This document shows positions 10,365-19,462 of a stretch of DNA of 20,000 nt, piece after piece. The stretch's first letter is position 1. Each line of letters starts with the position of its first letter. The notes beneath the pieces are model-generated. The model was given only the letters and a program-made list of their open reading frames with translations, did no database searches and had not been told where the DNA came from. The stretch is from IMG/VR virus record IMGVR_UViG_3300014526_000001. One strand, written 5' to 3'. The DNA is from an uncultured virus (IMG/VR IMGVR_UViG_3300014526_000001) (taxonomy: Duplodnaviria > Heunggongvirae > Uroviricota > Caudoviricetes). Both the position numbers and the translations under genes were made by a program.

Positions 10365-10712
10365 ATGACAAATAGCTATATTAAGACGATATTGGGCGAT
10401 TGGGGATTAGCCATTAAGTCTAATGGTGCAATTAACAAAATTATTGATGAGACTAACGGAATGCCGATTGTGCCAGAAACAATATTCGGACATATTCCAG
10501 CAGCACTTGCAAATGCGAGAGGAAAAAACAGTAAAGGTTACCTGAAAGAATTGGAGAATGCCCATAGAAAATTTGATATTAACGGGCGAACAATAGGATG
10601 GAATGAGGCAGCTATTGCAGGATCGTTCATTTCTCTTGGCACTGCGTATCATGTAGCAACACGTCGTGGTGCTAATGGTCAAGGTAATGAAGGCGGTATT
10701 CCAAATATATAA
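10365..10712 (+). CDS. Gly/Ala-rich phage protein, candidate virion-internal or ejected protein
   Basis: GGAGGG RBS; C-terminal hydrophobic segment AAIAGSFISLGTAY. Confidence 0.8.
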   Translation: MTNSYIKTILGDWGLAIKSNGAINKIIDETNGMPIVPETIFGHIPAALANARGKNSKGYLKELENAHRKFDINGRTIGWNEAAIAGSFISLGTAYHVATRRGANGQGNEGGIPNI

Positions 10713-10727
10713 AAAGAGGTGATACAA

Positions 10728-11171
10728 ATGGGATTAGGAAGAGCATGGAATGCAATCAACGGTGGTTCCCCTATCATTGCTGCAACCAGAGATGGGTTAT
10801 GGTCTGGGACAAAGATGTTAGGTAATTCCATTGGTAAAATTTCAAAATCTGCTGTCGGGCCACACGGTCCAATTCAACGCTACGGTAATGTTGCTCTTGA
10901 TTTATACGGTGGATTTATAAAATACACACCTGAAAAAATGTATTTTAATAAAAGAAAGGGAGAGCTCGTTACGAAGCCAGGAAGGTTCAGTTTGAGTAAA
11001 ACTGGTCTTGTTGCAGGAAGTATTATTGGTCTTGGTGTGATGGCTAAAGACATCCAGGATGAAAGAGCTGGTGTATCAACTGGAGTAACAAGAGCAACTC
11101 CTAGTTATTTAGATAATGCTGGAGCAACTGGAGATTTAGTTTTCGCTATGCATCAAAATAGGAAAGGATGA
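10728..11171 (+). CDS. Gly-rich phage protein, candidate virion-internal or ejected protein
   Basis: GAGGTG RBS before ATG 10728; TM-like GLVAGSIIGLGVMA; ends GATGDLVFAMHQNRKG. Confidence 0.8.
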   Translation: MGLGRAWNAINGGSPIIAATRDGLWSGTKMLGNSIGKISKSAVGPHGPIQRYGNVALDLYGGFIKYTPEKMYFNKRKGELVTKPGRFSLSKTGLVAGSIIGLGVMAKDIQDERAGVSTGVTRATPSYLDNAGATGDLVFAMHQNRKG

Positions 11172-11178
11172 TCAATAC

Positions 11179-11607
11179 ATGACACTTTTAACAGCCCTTA
11201 AGGCGACTGGAAAATTTGCAAAAAAAAATGTTGGTGGAATGGTGACCATTGCTGGCCATACCTATGGAGTAGCTTCTGCTTATAACGAAGCTAGAGATAA
11301 TGGAGCGGGAGTTGTTGGCGCATCAGCCCAAGGTCTCACGGCTGAGTTCCTACCAAATTTAATTGGTCAGCCCGCTCACCTTGCTTGGCAAGGTGCAAAC
11401 TTAGCGAAACAAGCATTCTTATATTCAAATCAAAAAGCAAGGGAATATAGTAGATATGGAACGGAAAGTCCCTTCGCTTTTGCTACGCATGTAGATACAA
11501 AACAAACCTATACCATGCGACAGGCTGGATTAAGTCAAATCCAGCAAAATATGTTTAATACTAAGAAAGCTATGATGGGTAATGAGGCTATGTTCTTGCA
11601 TAGGTAA
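11179..11607 (+). CDS. Ala/Gly-rich phage protein
   Basis: Closely follows the previous gene; C-terminus TMRQAGLSQIQQ...MGNEAMFLHR resembles, from recollection, small proteins encoded near terminase genes in large Firmicute phages. Confidence 0.8.
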   Translation: MTLLTALKATGKFAKKNVGGMVTIAGHTYGVASAYNEARDNGAGVVGASAQGLTAEFLPNLIGQPAHLAWQGANLAKQAFLYSNQKAREYSRYGTESPFAFATHVDTKQTYTMRQAGLSQIQQNMFNTKKAMMGNEAMFLHR

Positions 11608-11879
11608 ATAAGAGTGTTTTTCCTGTAAATTCTAGGTCTATAGCATCTAAGACGGTCAAACAGCAAGCGAAAAAGAGAGTGCGGGGGATCTCTTTATGAG
11701 TTGAAATTTTATGAATTATAGTAGCCCGGAATTAGGTCAGTTTGTTGCTAATAATTTTATTGATACACGGGGGATACAAATACTATGTGACAAGCAGTTT
11801 TATTTGCAAATAGCCAATCTTGATTTTAGAAACTGTGATGATTGGCAATGATGCTTGCATTGATTAGGAGAGAAAAATA

Positions 11880-12668
11880 ATGGCAAAAGGAAAATCAAAA
11901 GGTTCTAAAAGAGGAAGAAAAAAACAAACAACCGAAGAAAGACTAAAACAACAGCATCATCAGCAACGAAGAGCTAAATTCTTTACCGGAATGGAAGAGG
12001 TAAAAGGAAAAGTCCTGACACCACACTACTCACAAGCATTGAATATTTCAGATAAAGATTTTCACGTAGCATATGGCCGACATATGAAAGATGAAACTTT
12101 CACAAATGCATCTGCTTTTGATAAAAGAAAAATAATGAATGATTATTTTATTGAGAAAAAAGCTAAAGGAAGAGTAAATGCTGATCCTGGGAGCAGCACC
12201 TACCAAAGGCAGTTAGAAAGAGAAAGGCAAGCTATATACTCAGAAATCAATGCAGCAAAAAATGGTACCAATTCAGGCATATTCAATTTTGACAGTGCGT
12301 CTAATGGCGCAAAACATGCTTTTAATGAGAATGAGCGAATAAATGATTTCTTCAGGCAAAACACAACGAGTCTTACAAATCAAGATATAAGGAAAAGAGC
12401 TTTAGAAGAGTATGAGAAAGTTGGACTCACAGGAGATAATTACCATAACTTTGTGAACAATAAAAATGGATTTAGAGACAATATTTTCACGCAGAGTTCC
12501 AATAATGCTGGGTTGAATCCCACTATGATGGATCATTTATGGGGAAATAAGGTACCTCAAATTGCAGGTGGAGCTCTACTTACTGCTGGGCTAGTTAGCT
12601 CGATGTCAAATTCAAAAGGTAAGCAAACCAACGCAGAATTATATAACCAAGCACAGCCGTATTATTAG
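11880..12668 (+). CDS. Phage protein with a highly basic N-terminus and C-terminal hydrophobic segment
   Basis: AGGAG RBS; starts MAKGKSKGSKRGRKK; ends IAGGALLTAGLVSSMSNSKGKQTNAELYNQ. Confidence 0.85.
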   Translation: MAKGKSKGSKRGRKKQTTEERLKQQHHQQRRAKFFTGMEEVKGKVLTPHYSQALNISDKDFHVAYGRHMKDETFTNASAFDKRKIMNDYFIEKKAKGRVNADPGSSTYQRQLERERQAIYSEINAAKNGTNSGIFNFDSASNGAKHAFNENERINDFFRQNTTSLTNQDIRKRALEEYEKVGLTGDNYHNFVNNKNGFRDNIFTQSSNNAGLNPTMMDHLWGNKVPQIAGGALLTAGLVSSMSNSKGKQTNAELYNQAQPYY

Positions 12669-12669
12669 T

Positions 12670-13000
12670 AAATCTGGATCCAAAAGCACAAATAGTTTTC
12701 ATAGCTTATTAAAGGAAGTAAGGACTTCATTTATGTTGAATCGGAAGCTAGTTTATTGTTTCTTAGTATGCCATTTTAAGGAAAGTATTAGACCTCTTTT
12801 TCTCAGTAGGGAATTTATATAGAACTTTATCGTATTTTAGGGTGCAATGTGATTAGCCAGAAATTCAAAGTAATTAAATGTATAAAGGTGAAAAAGCACT
12901 TTTACATTTATTAAAGTGCAAAATAGAAATTACATTTCTCTTTCATAAACTTATAATGCAGGTTTAGTTAACGAAGAGAGGATTAAGAGTGGTATTAGAT
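12670..13000 (+). pseudogene. Putative heavily eroded terminase large subunit remnant
   Basis: Scars in the expected order: DFIYVES (12723, Walker-B-like), SMPF*GK (12765, STPxG-like), ILGCNVISQKFKVIKCIKV (12834-12890, nuclease-domain-like). Inference by eye. Confidence 0.4.
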
Positions 13001-13080
13001 CGACAAGCATACGCTTATATATTCTGTACTTAGGGACGAGAAGGAGTTTAACAACAAGAAATGTCTGATAATAATACTGT

Positions 13081-13111
13081 ACTCCTTCATTATTTCTGAA
13101 GGAGTTTTTTT
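13081..13111 (+). terminator. Intrinsic terminator immediately upstream of the NlpC/P60 gene RBS
   Basis: actccttca-ttatttc-tgaaggagt followed by a T-run. Confidence 0.7.
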
Positions 13112-13128
13112 AGGGGAGGGAGAAGGCA

Positions 13129-14865
13129 ATGAGCGAATTATTTTATAAACCAAGGATAGTGCCCGATTTTGATTATTTGTCCGAAAAAGAGTTCAAAGAT
13201 ATCCTAGATCGAGAAAGAGAAGATAATATAGAACCTGAAAATCCGGATTCCCTTGATGACATAAAAGATGAGGCTATAAGAATTGCTAAGGAAATTGATA
13301 AGATCAAAAAAATCATTAATATTCTTCCTGGTAATCTACCACAGACATATCGTGATGCATTAAATAAAATCCAAAGTGATTTGTTGAATCCACCTCCTAT
13401 AATTAAGGATGGAGGACCATCAGATATGGAAATAGAATCTGAAATGGAAACTGATACCGTTCCAGGACCTTCTTATAACGGAGATACAGTGGTAAAAATA
13501 GGAGATAATGATATCGACACTATTCTACTATTCCCAGACGACAATGGTATCAAGGTTAAAACAACAAAAGTAGGCTCCCTGATTACATTTATTCGTGAAA
13601 GTTTTTTAAAAGACAAGAATGATATGTATGGGAATTTTGTTCAAAAACTTAAACTTATGATCCAACAATATATGAGAGAACTTTTGTATATTGCAAAGTC
13701 CGGTCATTTCAATTCTTATCTAGATTTATATGTCCGATTTGATACGCCTTCAGTAGAAGTTTCTAAAGATTTAAAAGCTGCAGCTGATCGTATTTTGAAG
13801 TACCAGATTGATCGAGAACAAAAAACAAGATTATTAAATAAGATTTTCAACATTGAGCAGACAGTTGTTCATTTAATATCTAATAAAGTGTCCTATGAGC
13901 AAAGACAACGATATTATGACATGGAATACCTTGAAGCTAAGGATTATATCGAGACGCAGGAGAATGATGAGCTTCGAAAGATGAGGCTAGAGTACGACAA
14001 GAAGTATGAGCAGTGCATGTATAACTATTACAAATACCTAACGGGATCCACCATTTTGACAGATGAAATATTAAAGACATTCCTATCTGAAGCAAGAGGT
14101 AAGGCCTTGCTAAATAAGAATGGAATTGATACGCAAAAAGGATACAAAAAAGAGCAAGAAAAGCAACAGCAAGTTGAAGCAGAACTTAAAAAGCAGACTG
14201 AAGAAACCCAGAAAAAAGAAGAGGAAAAACAAAAATTACTCCTCGAGGAGCTCAATAGCGCAGGCCGAGACTCTTCTTATTCTGGAAGCTACGGAGATAA
14301 GTCAGGTGTCGTAAATAGCAATGGAGCTGCAATAAATAGTTCAGTCTCTGGATCCGAAGTAGAGCTGGTATCAGGAAGCATTCCTGAGAAAATTGTAAAG
14401 ATGGCCCTCCAAGCATGGAATAAACGTGGACCTAATTCAGGTAATCCAATTAAGTACAGCATGAAATTGCGATCCCATAAAATTTTTAATAGTAACACGA
14501 CTCATTCTGATTGTTCTGCTTTTGTTAAAGGCGTTGTATTGGAAGCTACTGGTATAGATGTCGGTAGTAATACATCTGACCAGGTAAACAAAAACAAGAA
14601 CAGACAATGGGTATTCAACATAAATGAACTGCAGCCTGGTGATCTAATTTACTTTAAACCTATAAAAGGGGATACGTATCAAGGTCATGCCATCACACTT
14701 AACGGAAGAAGGTACAATGTCAGCCATACACTCATTTACTTAGGTGACAAAGAAGTGATTGAGTGCACAAATGGAGCAAATGGATTAAGAAAGTTTAATT
14801 TCACTAGTGGTTGGCACAAAACAAATTACATGGAACCAAGATTTTTAGGGGCATTCAGATTATAG
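13129..14865 (+). CDS. Phage structural-type protein fused to a C-terminal NlpC/P60 cell-wall peptidase
   Basis: DCSAFV (Cys codon 14512), LQPGDLIYF and VSHTLIYLG (His codon 14725); preceded by a helical N-domain, a Glu/Lys/Gln coiled coil and a Ser/Gly linker. Confidence 0.9.
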   Translation: MSELFYKPRIVPDFDYLSEKEFKDILDREREDNIEPENPDSLDDIKDEAIRIAKEIDKIKKIINILPGNLPQTYRDALNKIQSDLLNPPPIIKDGGPSDMEIESEMETDTVPGPSYNGDTVVKIGDNDIDTILLFPDDNGIKVKTTKVGSLITFIRESFLKDKNDMYGNFVQKLKLMIQQYMRELLYIAKSGHFNSYLDLYVRFDTPSVEVSKDLKAAADRILKYQIDREQKTRLLNKIFNIEQTVVHLISNKVSYEQRQRYYDMEYLEAKDYIETQENDELRKMRLEYDKKYEQCMYNYYKYLTGSTILTDEILKTFLSEARGKALLNKNGIDTQKGYKKEQEKQQQVEAELKKQTEETQKKEEEKQKLLLEELNSAGRDSSYSGSYGDKSGVVNSNGAAINSSVSGSEVELVSGSIPEKIVKMALQAWNKRGPNSGNPIKYSMKLRSHKIFNSNTTHSDCSAFVKGVVLEATGIDVGSNTSDQVNKNKNRQWVFNINELQPGDLIYFKPIKGDTYQGHAITLNGRRYNVSHTLIYLGDKEVIECTNGANGLRKFNFTSGWHKTNYMEPRFLGAFRL

Positions 14866-14866
14866 G

Positions 14867-15013
14867 GAATATAATTTAGATACAAATCTTGGTGAAAATA
14901 TAAAAACTATTATTCAGGTCAGCAAAAAAGCAGATCCACCTCCAAAAAGAGATAGAAAGTTTATCAGGCTGTATAAAAAGTGGACAAAGGTGCGTAATGA
15001 ATGGTTAGAGGGA
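14867..15013 (+). pseudogene. Putative collapsed portal protein remnant
   Basis: EYNLDT at 14867 and NEWLEG at 14996 resemble N- and C-region motifs (EYxL.., NELLxEGG) recalled for portals of large Firmicute phages. Inference. Confidence 0.3.
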
Positions 15014-15099
15014 AAGTTATCATAGTGGTATCTTGAAGCATTTTTATTTCTGAAATATTAGCGATCTTAAAAACTAAAAATAGAAGAGGTACTTACATG

Positions 15100-15390
15100 C
15101 TTATGTACCAATCTCTGTGAACTCATGGAATGTTGACAATGATGGAGTCCAAAATAGGTCAATTTGCCGTTTTATACGTTTTTGAGAGAGGATTAAAAGT
15201 CTGGTAAAAGCTAGAAGTACCTTACACTCTTATCAGACCTAACAATAATAGATAGCAAAACCATTAGCAGATTATATAAGATAAGAATTTTGCTAGGAAC
15301 ATCTGTATGATTTGTTAAATCAGTTCTATCTGATGGGCCAGCATCGGGACTCTCAAGAAAAACGTCTTAAGCATTCACAGAGGGGTTAAC
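15100..15390 (+). pseudogene. Putative eroded prohead protease remnant
   Basis: gttaaatcagttctatctgatgggccag (15314-15341) is a few indels from VKCSICGQ and is followed by an H..RG-like scar (15373-15387). Inference. Confidence 0.3.
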
Positions 15391-15511
15391 TCAAAAGAAA
15401 CTATAGCGCGTCTGTTACACCTATTACAAAGTAATATTGAGGGGCTGTAAATTTTATTTGAAAATGAAACTTCCCATTTAAAATATTCAAGAAAGCGGAG
15501 GTTAATGTAGT

Positions 15512-15901
15512 ATGACACAAGTCATTGGAAAAGTTGGTTTATCAAAAGGCCGCGTAGGTTATTTTGATGAGCTAACACGTATTCATTTAACTATTTCTAA
15601 ACCAGAAGCTTCCGTATTAGCAGGTATGAATACTGCCAATCTTAAACGTGCTATTCGCTCAGGCATTTTGCGTCTAGTTACTGGTTCTTTAGAATTGGAG
15701 CAAAATAAGGTCGTTAAAAATATCCATGTGCAGGAAGTAACTAAGGCAGCGAAAACTGTAGTGGAAGAAAAAGTAGTTACGATTGACGAAGCTCTTGCTA
15801 ATGCAAATGTAGAAGAAGGAAGGACTGTAGAACCAAAGAAGATAGACGCAGCAAATGAATCTAAAATTACTAGACGAAAACGTAAAACAATTAAACAATA
15901 A
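15512..15901 (+). CDS. Hypothetical phage structural-module protein
   Basis: GGAGG RBS; N-domain VGYFDELTRIHLT and a low-complexity tail ending RRKRK. Confidence 0.85.
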   Translation: MTQVIGKVGLSKGRVGYFDELTRIHLTISKPEASVLAGMNTANLKRAIRSGILRLVTGSLELEQNKVVKNIHVQEVTKAAKTVVEEKVVTIDEALANANVEEGRTVEPKKIDAANESKITRRKRKTIKQ

Positions 15902-15913
15902 GTAGGTGTCTTA

Positions 15914-16669
15914 ATGTACAGAGAGTTTGGAATAGTTGGTATTTTCACGAACCTCGTTGAGCGTACTATTAAAGTAGAATTCACACTTGACATAGATCCA
16001 GACAGCGCTTCATTAGACTCACTTGTCCTTTGTGATAAAGAGACTTCTAGGATTATCTTGGCGGACATTAAAGTTAGTAAAAAAGTAATCACAATGTATT
16101 TGCAAGAATGGCCAGAAGCAGGAAAGCAGTATCTTTTAAGAATTCAATCGGGGATTCGTTCAATAGTAGAAGATATACTATCAGAATCTCTTTTAAAAGA
16201 AATTGTTTTTAAAAGCGAAGTACTCTCGACAGTAAATGTGCTATCTCCTTCAAACCATGAGGTTCTAAATGAGCTGCATTTTCTGTGGGAAGAGGTAAGT
16301 GTTGATGGAAAAAGGGAAAATCTAGTTTCTTCATATTTACTACAGATAGCAAAGGAGAATACATTTTACAATGTTGTTCGAGAAACTGAAGTAGTTGAGA
16401 AGCAGGAGATCCGAATAACAGATATTGATGAAGGCCAGTACTACTTAAGGGTTCGAGCGCAAAAGAATGGAAAGTATGGTCGATGGAGTAAAGTCATTTC
16501 ATTTCTAGTAAGGCAAGCGGAAGATAAAACATCGTCTTATGAAGAGCAGTTAAAAATAATATCAGCTCCTGTAAATGGAGAAACTCCTCCCTCATTTGTA
16601 TTTCAGTTTGATGAAGAAATCGACACAGATATAATGCCTTCAATTGTTGTGAAGAGGAGGTTGATTTAA
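15914..16669 (+). CDS. Ig-like / fibronectin type III domain virion protein
   Basis: FN3 signature GQYYLRVRAQKNGKYGRWS; beta-rich. Confidence 0.8.
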   Translation: MYREFGIVGIFTNLVERTIKVEFTLDIDPDSASLDSLVLCDKETSRIILADIKVSKKVITMYLQEWPEAGKQYLLRIQSGIRSIVEDILSESLLKEIVFKSEVLSTVNVLSPSNHEVLNELHFLWEEVSVDGKRENLVSSYLLQIAKENTFYNVVRETEVVEKQEIRITDIDEGQYYLRVRAQKNGKYGRWSKVISFLVRQAEDKTSSYEEQLKIISAPVNGETPPSFVFQFDEEIDTDIMPSIVVKRRLI

Positions 16670-17200
16670 TTGAGTAAGGTTGAATTCTCCGTAAAAATTT
16701 ACGGCAATACAATCGAAATCATTCCTTCAGAGCCAGTCAAAGATAATAGCATCTATGACATTACTTTCACAGATGTAAAGGCAAGGTTAAAAGAAAAACG
16801 ATTAGAAAAAGTCTGTACTGAAGTCTATACAAAAATGTCTCCATCCTATTGTTCCTTAGAGTCAGTAAATTCTTTAATCGATAGTATTGATCTCGAAGAT
16901 GAGCGCATTCTTTATTACATCAAAGAAGCTTCTCGATATACAGAATATATTAGCGGGAAAAATTTTGATGAAGCAAACGTTCCATTTAATGTACACCAAT
17001 TTGTAAAATTCAGAGCAACTCATGATGCTATATTGAAGCTATTTATCGAAAAAGCATCTGAAGCTGGTCGAAGCGGTAAAATGGGAGAATTAGAATTCAA
17101 GATGAGCGATTGTATTGATTCATTGAAAGATTTGCTTGACTACTTAAAAGGTGAATCGGACAAGTGGGAAAGCAAAGTCTTGAGTGGAATTACTACATGA
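16670..17200 (+). CDS. Ig-like domain plus head-tail connector/adaptor-like protein
   Basis: TTG start with GAGGAGG RBS; IEIIPSEPVKDNSIYDITF (Ig-like), then YCSLESV and a helical adaptor-like region; position before closure and tail genes. Confidence 0.6.
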   Translation: MSKVEFSVKIYGNTIEIIPSEPVKDNSIYDITFTDVKARLKEKRLEKVCTEVYTKMSPSYCSLESVNSLIDSIDLEDERILYYIKEASRYTEYISGKNFDEANVPFNVHQFVKFRATHDAILKLFIEKASEAGRSGKMGELEFKMSDCIDSLKDLLDYLKGESDKWESKVLSGITT

Positions 17201-17265
17201 ACATAAAGCTGTTTGATCAGGTAACTACTCTATTGTTTTATCTGGATTCTTGAGGGGGCATTCAA

Positions 17266-17718
17266 TTGAAAAAACTTCAGTGGATAGACAAAGAGATTAA
17301 GAAAATAATCGAGTTGTTTGAGTATGACATGTATGTAGTCAGAGTCGATACCAAAATCGACTGTACATGTAAAGATTTCACAACTAAGCAAGGAGATCCA
17401 AGACATAAACTATGTCTTGGTACTGGACAAAAAATAAAGATCATGAAGATCAAGGGGGCTTCACATGAGGGACATACTTCCCTCATAAGCCAAGAAAATA
17501 ATGATATAGGGTTAGGTAATATTTATTACTTCAAATCTAATAATTGTTTAAATGAAGGAGACTTAATTGTAGACAAAGGTAAAATTAGCATTGTTCAAGG
17601 GATTGAGCGGAAGAAAGGGACACAGAGAGAATGCGTTTATCAAAAGTGTATATGCATTAACAAGAGAACAGATGTCCAAATTTTCCTAAAGAATTTTGAT
17701 GAAGTCGTAAAGAGGTGA
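17266..17718 (+). CDS. Head-closure/neck-like protein with a Zn-ribbon motif
   Basis: CTC...DPRHKLCLGTG and LNEGDLIV; position in the neck region. Confidence 0.6.
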   Translation: MKKLQWIDKEIKKIIELFEYDMYVVRVDTKIDCTCKDFTTKQGDPRHKLCLGTGQKIKIMKIKGASHEGHTSLISQENNDIGLGNIYYFKSNNCLNEGDLIVDKGKISIVQGIERKKGTQRECVYQKCICINKRTDVQIFLKNFDEVVKR

Positions 17719-17723
17719 TAACC

Positions 17724-18755
17724 ATGTTAGATATTTATTTGGAAACGGAAGCGCAGACTATTATCAAGATAGCAGATAAGAATAAATCCGTTCTCATCAT
17801 TGGTGATGCCGATAGCGATTATGCTTTAAATACGATTAAGTATTACGACTCTACGAAAAAAGCACGAAGCGACTACAAGGGAGGCAAATTGATTGATGCC
17901 TTTGACGCCGCAAAAGAGTTTCAGGCAGAGTTTGTCTTTCTACTGAATTTGAAAGAAAAAGTAGATTATATTGATTTGATAGATATATTAAAGCAGTATG
18001 ATTTTGCTTACATTACTCCTGTAAATCTCTATATCTCTGATTATTTCTATGACTTAAACAGAGGAAATAAGCGTGTTTATTATGCACAAGATTACTTAGA
18101 GAGAGCATCTGTTTTTAATGATTCGACTCTTATTCTAACGGATAAGCATGCAAGCTTATACGAGGATATTGATGTTTATTTAGATGAAATGAAAAAACAA
18201 TGCGGCCCTATTACAGGCGTAGTGAATACTGGCTCTAAAGGTAATAACTTAATCTATGTAGCCAACAATTTAAAAGATTATCCATACAGCAATGTTGTTT
18301 TAGCAAGCATTCTCACAACAACAGATTTAGGAGAATATCCATCTATTAAAGAGTTAGATGTAGTATTCGACATGGATGATTTTGATGTTGGAGAGTTCCC
18401 TATTGTCTATTTTAAAAATAACTTCCAGACTAAGACAACAATAGAAAACTTAATAAATTTCGAAAAATTTAATCCGATATTTAAATCCGTCTTTGTTGAT
18501 CGCATTTTAAAATATATATCAAGAACCTATGATCTTTCAAAATATACTGGAAAACTCTATACTCCTCATCAGAAAATTTTAATAGAAAAAGAGATAGAGA
18601 CGTATTTTGAATCATTAACTAATTGGATTATTCGAAAATTTGAGATTGAAACTGTTGTCTTTTACAAGGAAGACGTAGGGGTAGGTAGAGTTGAGAGCAC
18701 AGTATCTATATGGCCAAAAAGTACAACAGAAAAATATAGATTAGTGGTGAAGTAA
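17724..18755 (+). CDS. Short tail-sheath-like paralog
   Basis: N-terminus SVLIIGDA...GKLIDAFDAAKEFQAEFVFLLNL parallels the N-terminus of the sheath at 19463; C-terminal IEKEIETYF...VSIWPKSTTEKYRLVV resembles the sheath C-terminal domain. ATG 17724 follows GAGGTG. Confidence 0.6.
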   Translation: MLDIYLETEAQTIIKIADKNKSVLIIGDADSDYALNTIKYYDSTKKARSDYKGGKLIDAFDAAKEFQAEFVFLLNLKEKVDYIDLIDILKQYDFAYITPVNLYISDYFYDLNRGNKRVYYAQDYLERASVFNDSTLILTDKHASLYEDIDVYLDEMKKQCGPITGVVNTGSKGNNLIYVANNLKDYPYSNVVLASILTTTDLGEYPSIKELDVVFDMDDFDVGEFPIVYFKNNFQTKTTIENLINFEKFNPIFKSVFVDRILKYISRTYDLSKYTGKLYTPHQKILIEKEIETYFESLTNWIIRKFEIETVVFYKEDVGVGRVESTVSIWPKSTTEKYRLVVK

Positions 18756-19432
18756 TGGAAAAAACAGATAATAATTTGTTTACAAACAACCTAGAGTATC
18801 TGTTAGCACAAGAGGATAATGTTATTAATAACATTGTTGAAAAATCAATGATTCTTTCTCACGAGCAAAAAGTCATTCCCCCACTAAAAGCAAATAAAAG
18901 TGCTAACTTATATGATTTCATTCAAATGATTGGAAAAGTTGTATCTAAGGCAATGAATGAAGATCAAGTAGAGTTTGTCTTTGATGAAGGAAAACGATTG
19001 TCCAGTGACCCGAATAAAAAATTTGATCATCCTTATATTACATATAAGGTGTTATCAAGAAAAACGTTGATGGAGTTGAAACCCAGAGAAAGAGAATCAT
19101 CCATTTCTGAGGTGGCTCAAAGCGACAAAGATAAAAGACATGGGCGCATTTATGGACAAAAATTTAAATCTTATATCCAATTCAATATAATAGCTAGTGA
19201 ATATACGCAAGCGGATAGAGTAATGAATGTCTTTGAAGACCTAATTTTTTCCTACACTCATTACTTTAAAAAGAACGGTGTAGCAGAAATTTTATTTGAA
19301 GATCACCTAACAGATAAAGAGTATGATGTCTATCGTCATTTTCTGTCTGTTCGTAACTTAGTTTATTATGTTGAGATTGAAAAACTATTCGTTATGTTTG
19401 ATTCGGACATTGAAGGTATCTTCATTAAGTAA
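18755..19432 (+). CDS. Tail terminator/completion-like protein
   Basis: Overlaps the previous stop (TAATG); PYITYKV...IQFNIIA...ADRVMNVFEDLI pattern; lies directly before the sheath gene. Confidence 0.6.
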   Translation: MEKTDNNLFTNNLEYLLAQEDNVINNIVEKSMILSHEQKVIPPLKANKSANLYDFIQMIGKVVSKAMNEDQVEFVFDEGKRLSSDPNKKFDHPYITYKVLSRKTLMELKPRERESSISEVAQSDKDKRHGRIYGQKFKSYIQFNIIASEYTQADRVMNVFEDLIFSYTHYFKKNGVAEILFEDHLTDKEYDVYRHFLSVRNLVYYVEIEKLFVMFDSDIEGIFIK

Positions 19433-19462
19433 AGTCAAGTAATTTAAGGGAGGAAGTAAAAA

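Noticed and set aside
612..10727. ORFs 612-860, 5069-5260, 5071-5286, 6956-7171, 10407-10727
   Set aside because: Each overlaps a better-supported gene in another frame or strand.
11608..11879. Spacer inside the operon (also 10122-10364) as an identifiable pseudogene
   Set aside because: Probably decayed coding DNA, but no motif could be assigned.
14028..14498. ORFs 14028-14255(-), 14120-14314(+), 14289-14498(-)
   Set aside because: Shadows of the 578-aa NlpC/P60 gene.
15583..17486. Minus-strand ORFs 15583-16092, 15689-15898, 16494-16712, 17277-17486
   Set aside because: Antisense to well-supported operon genes, with no recognisable motifs.
9823..19445. GTAAT-like motif upstream of several structural genes (9823, 15431, 19439) as a late promoter
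   Set aside because: Too short and variably spaced to be significant in AT-rich DNA.
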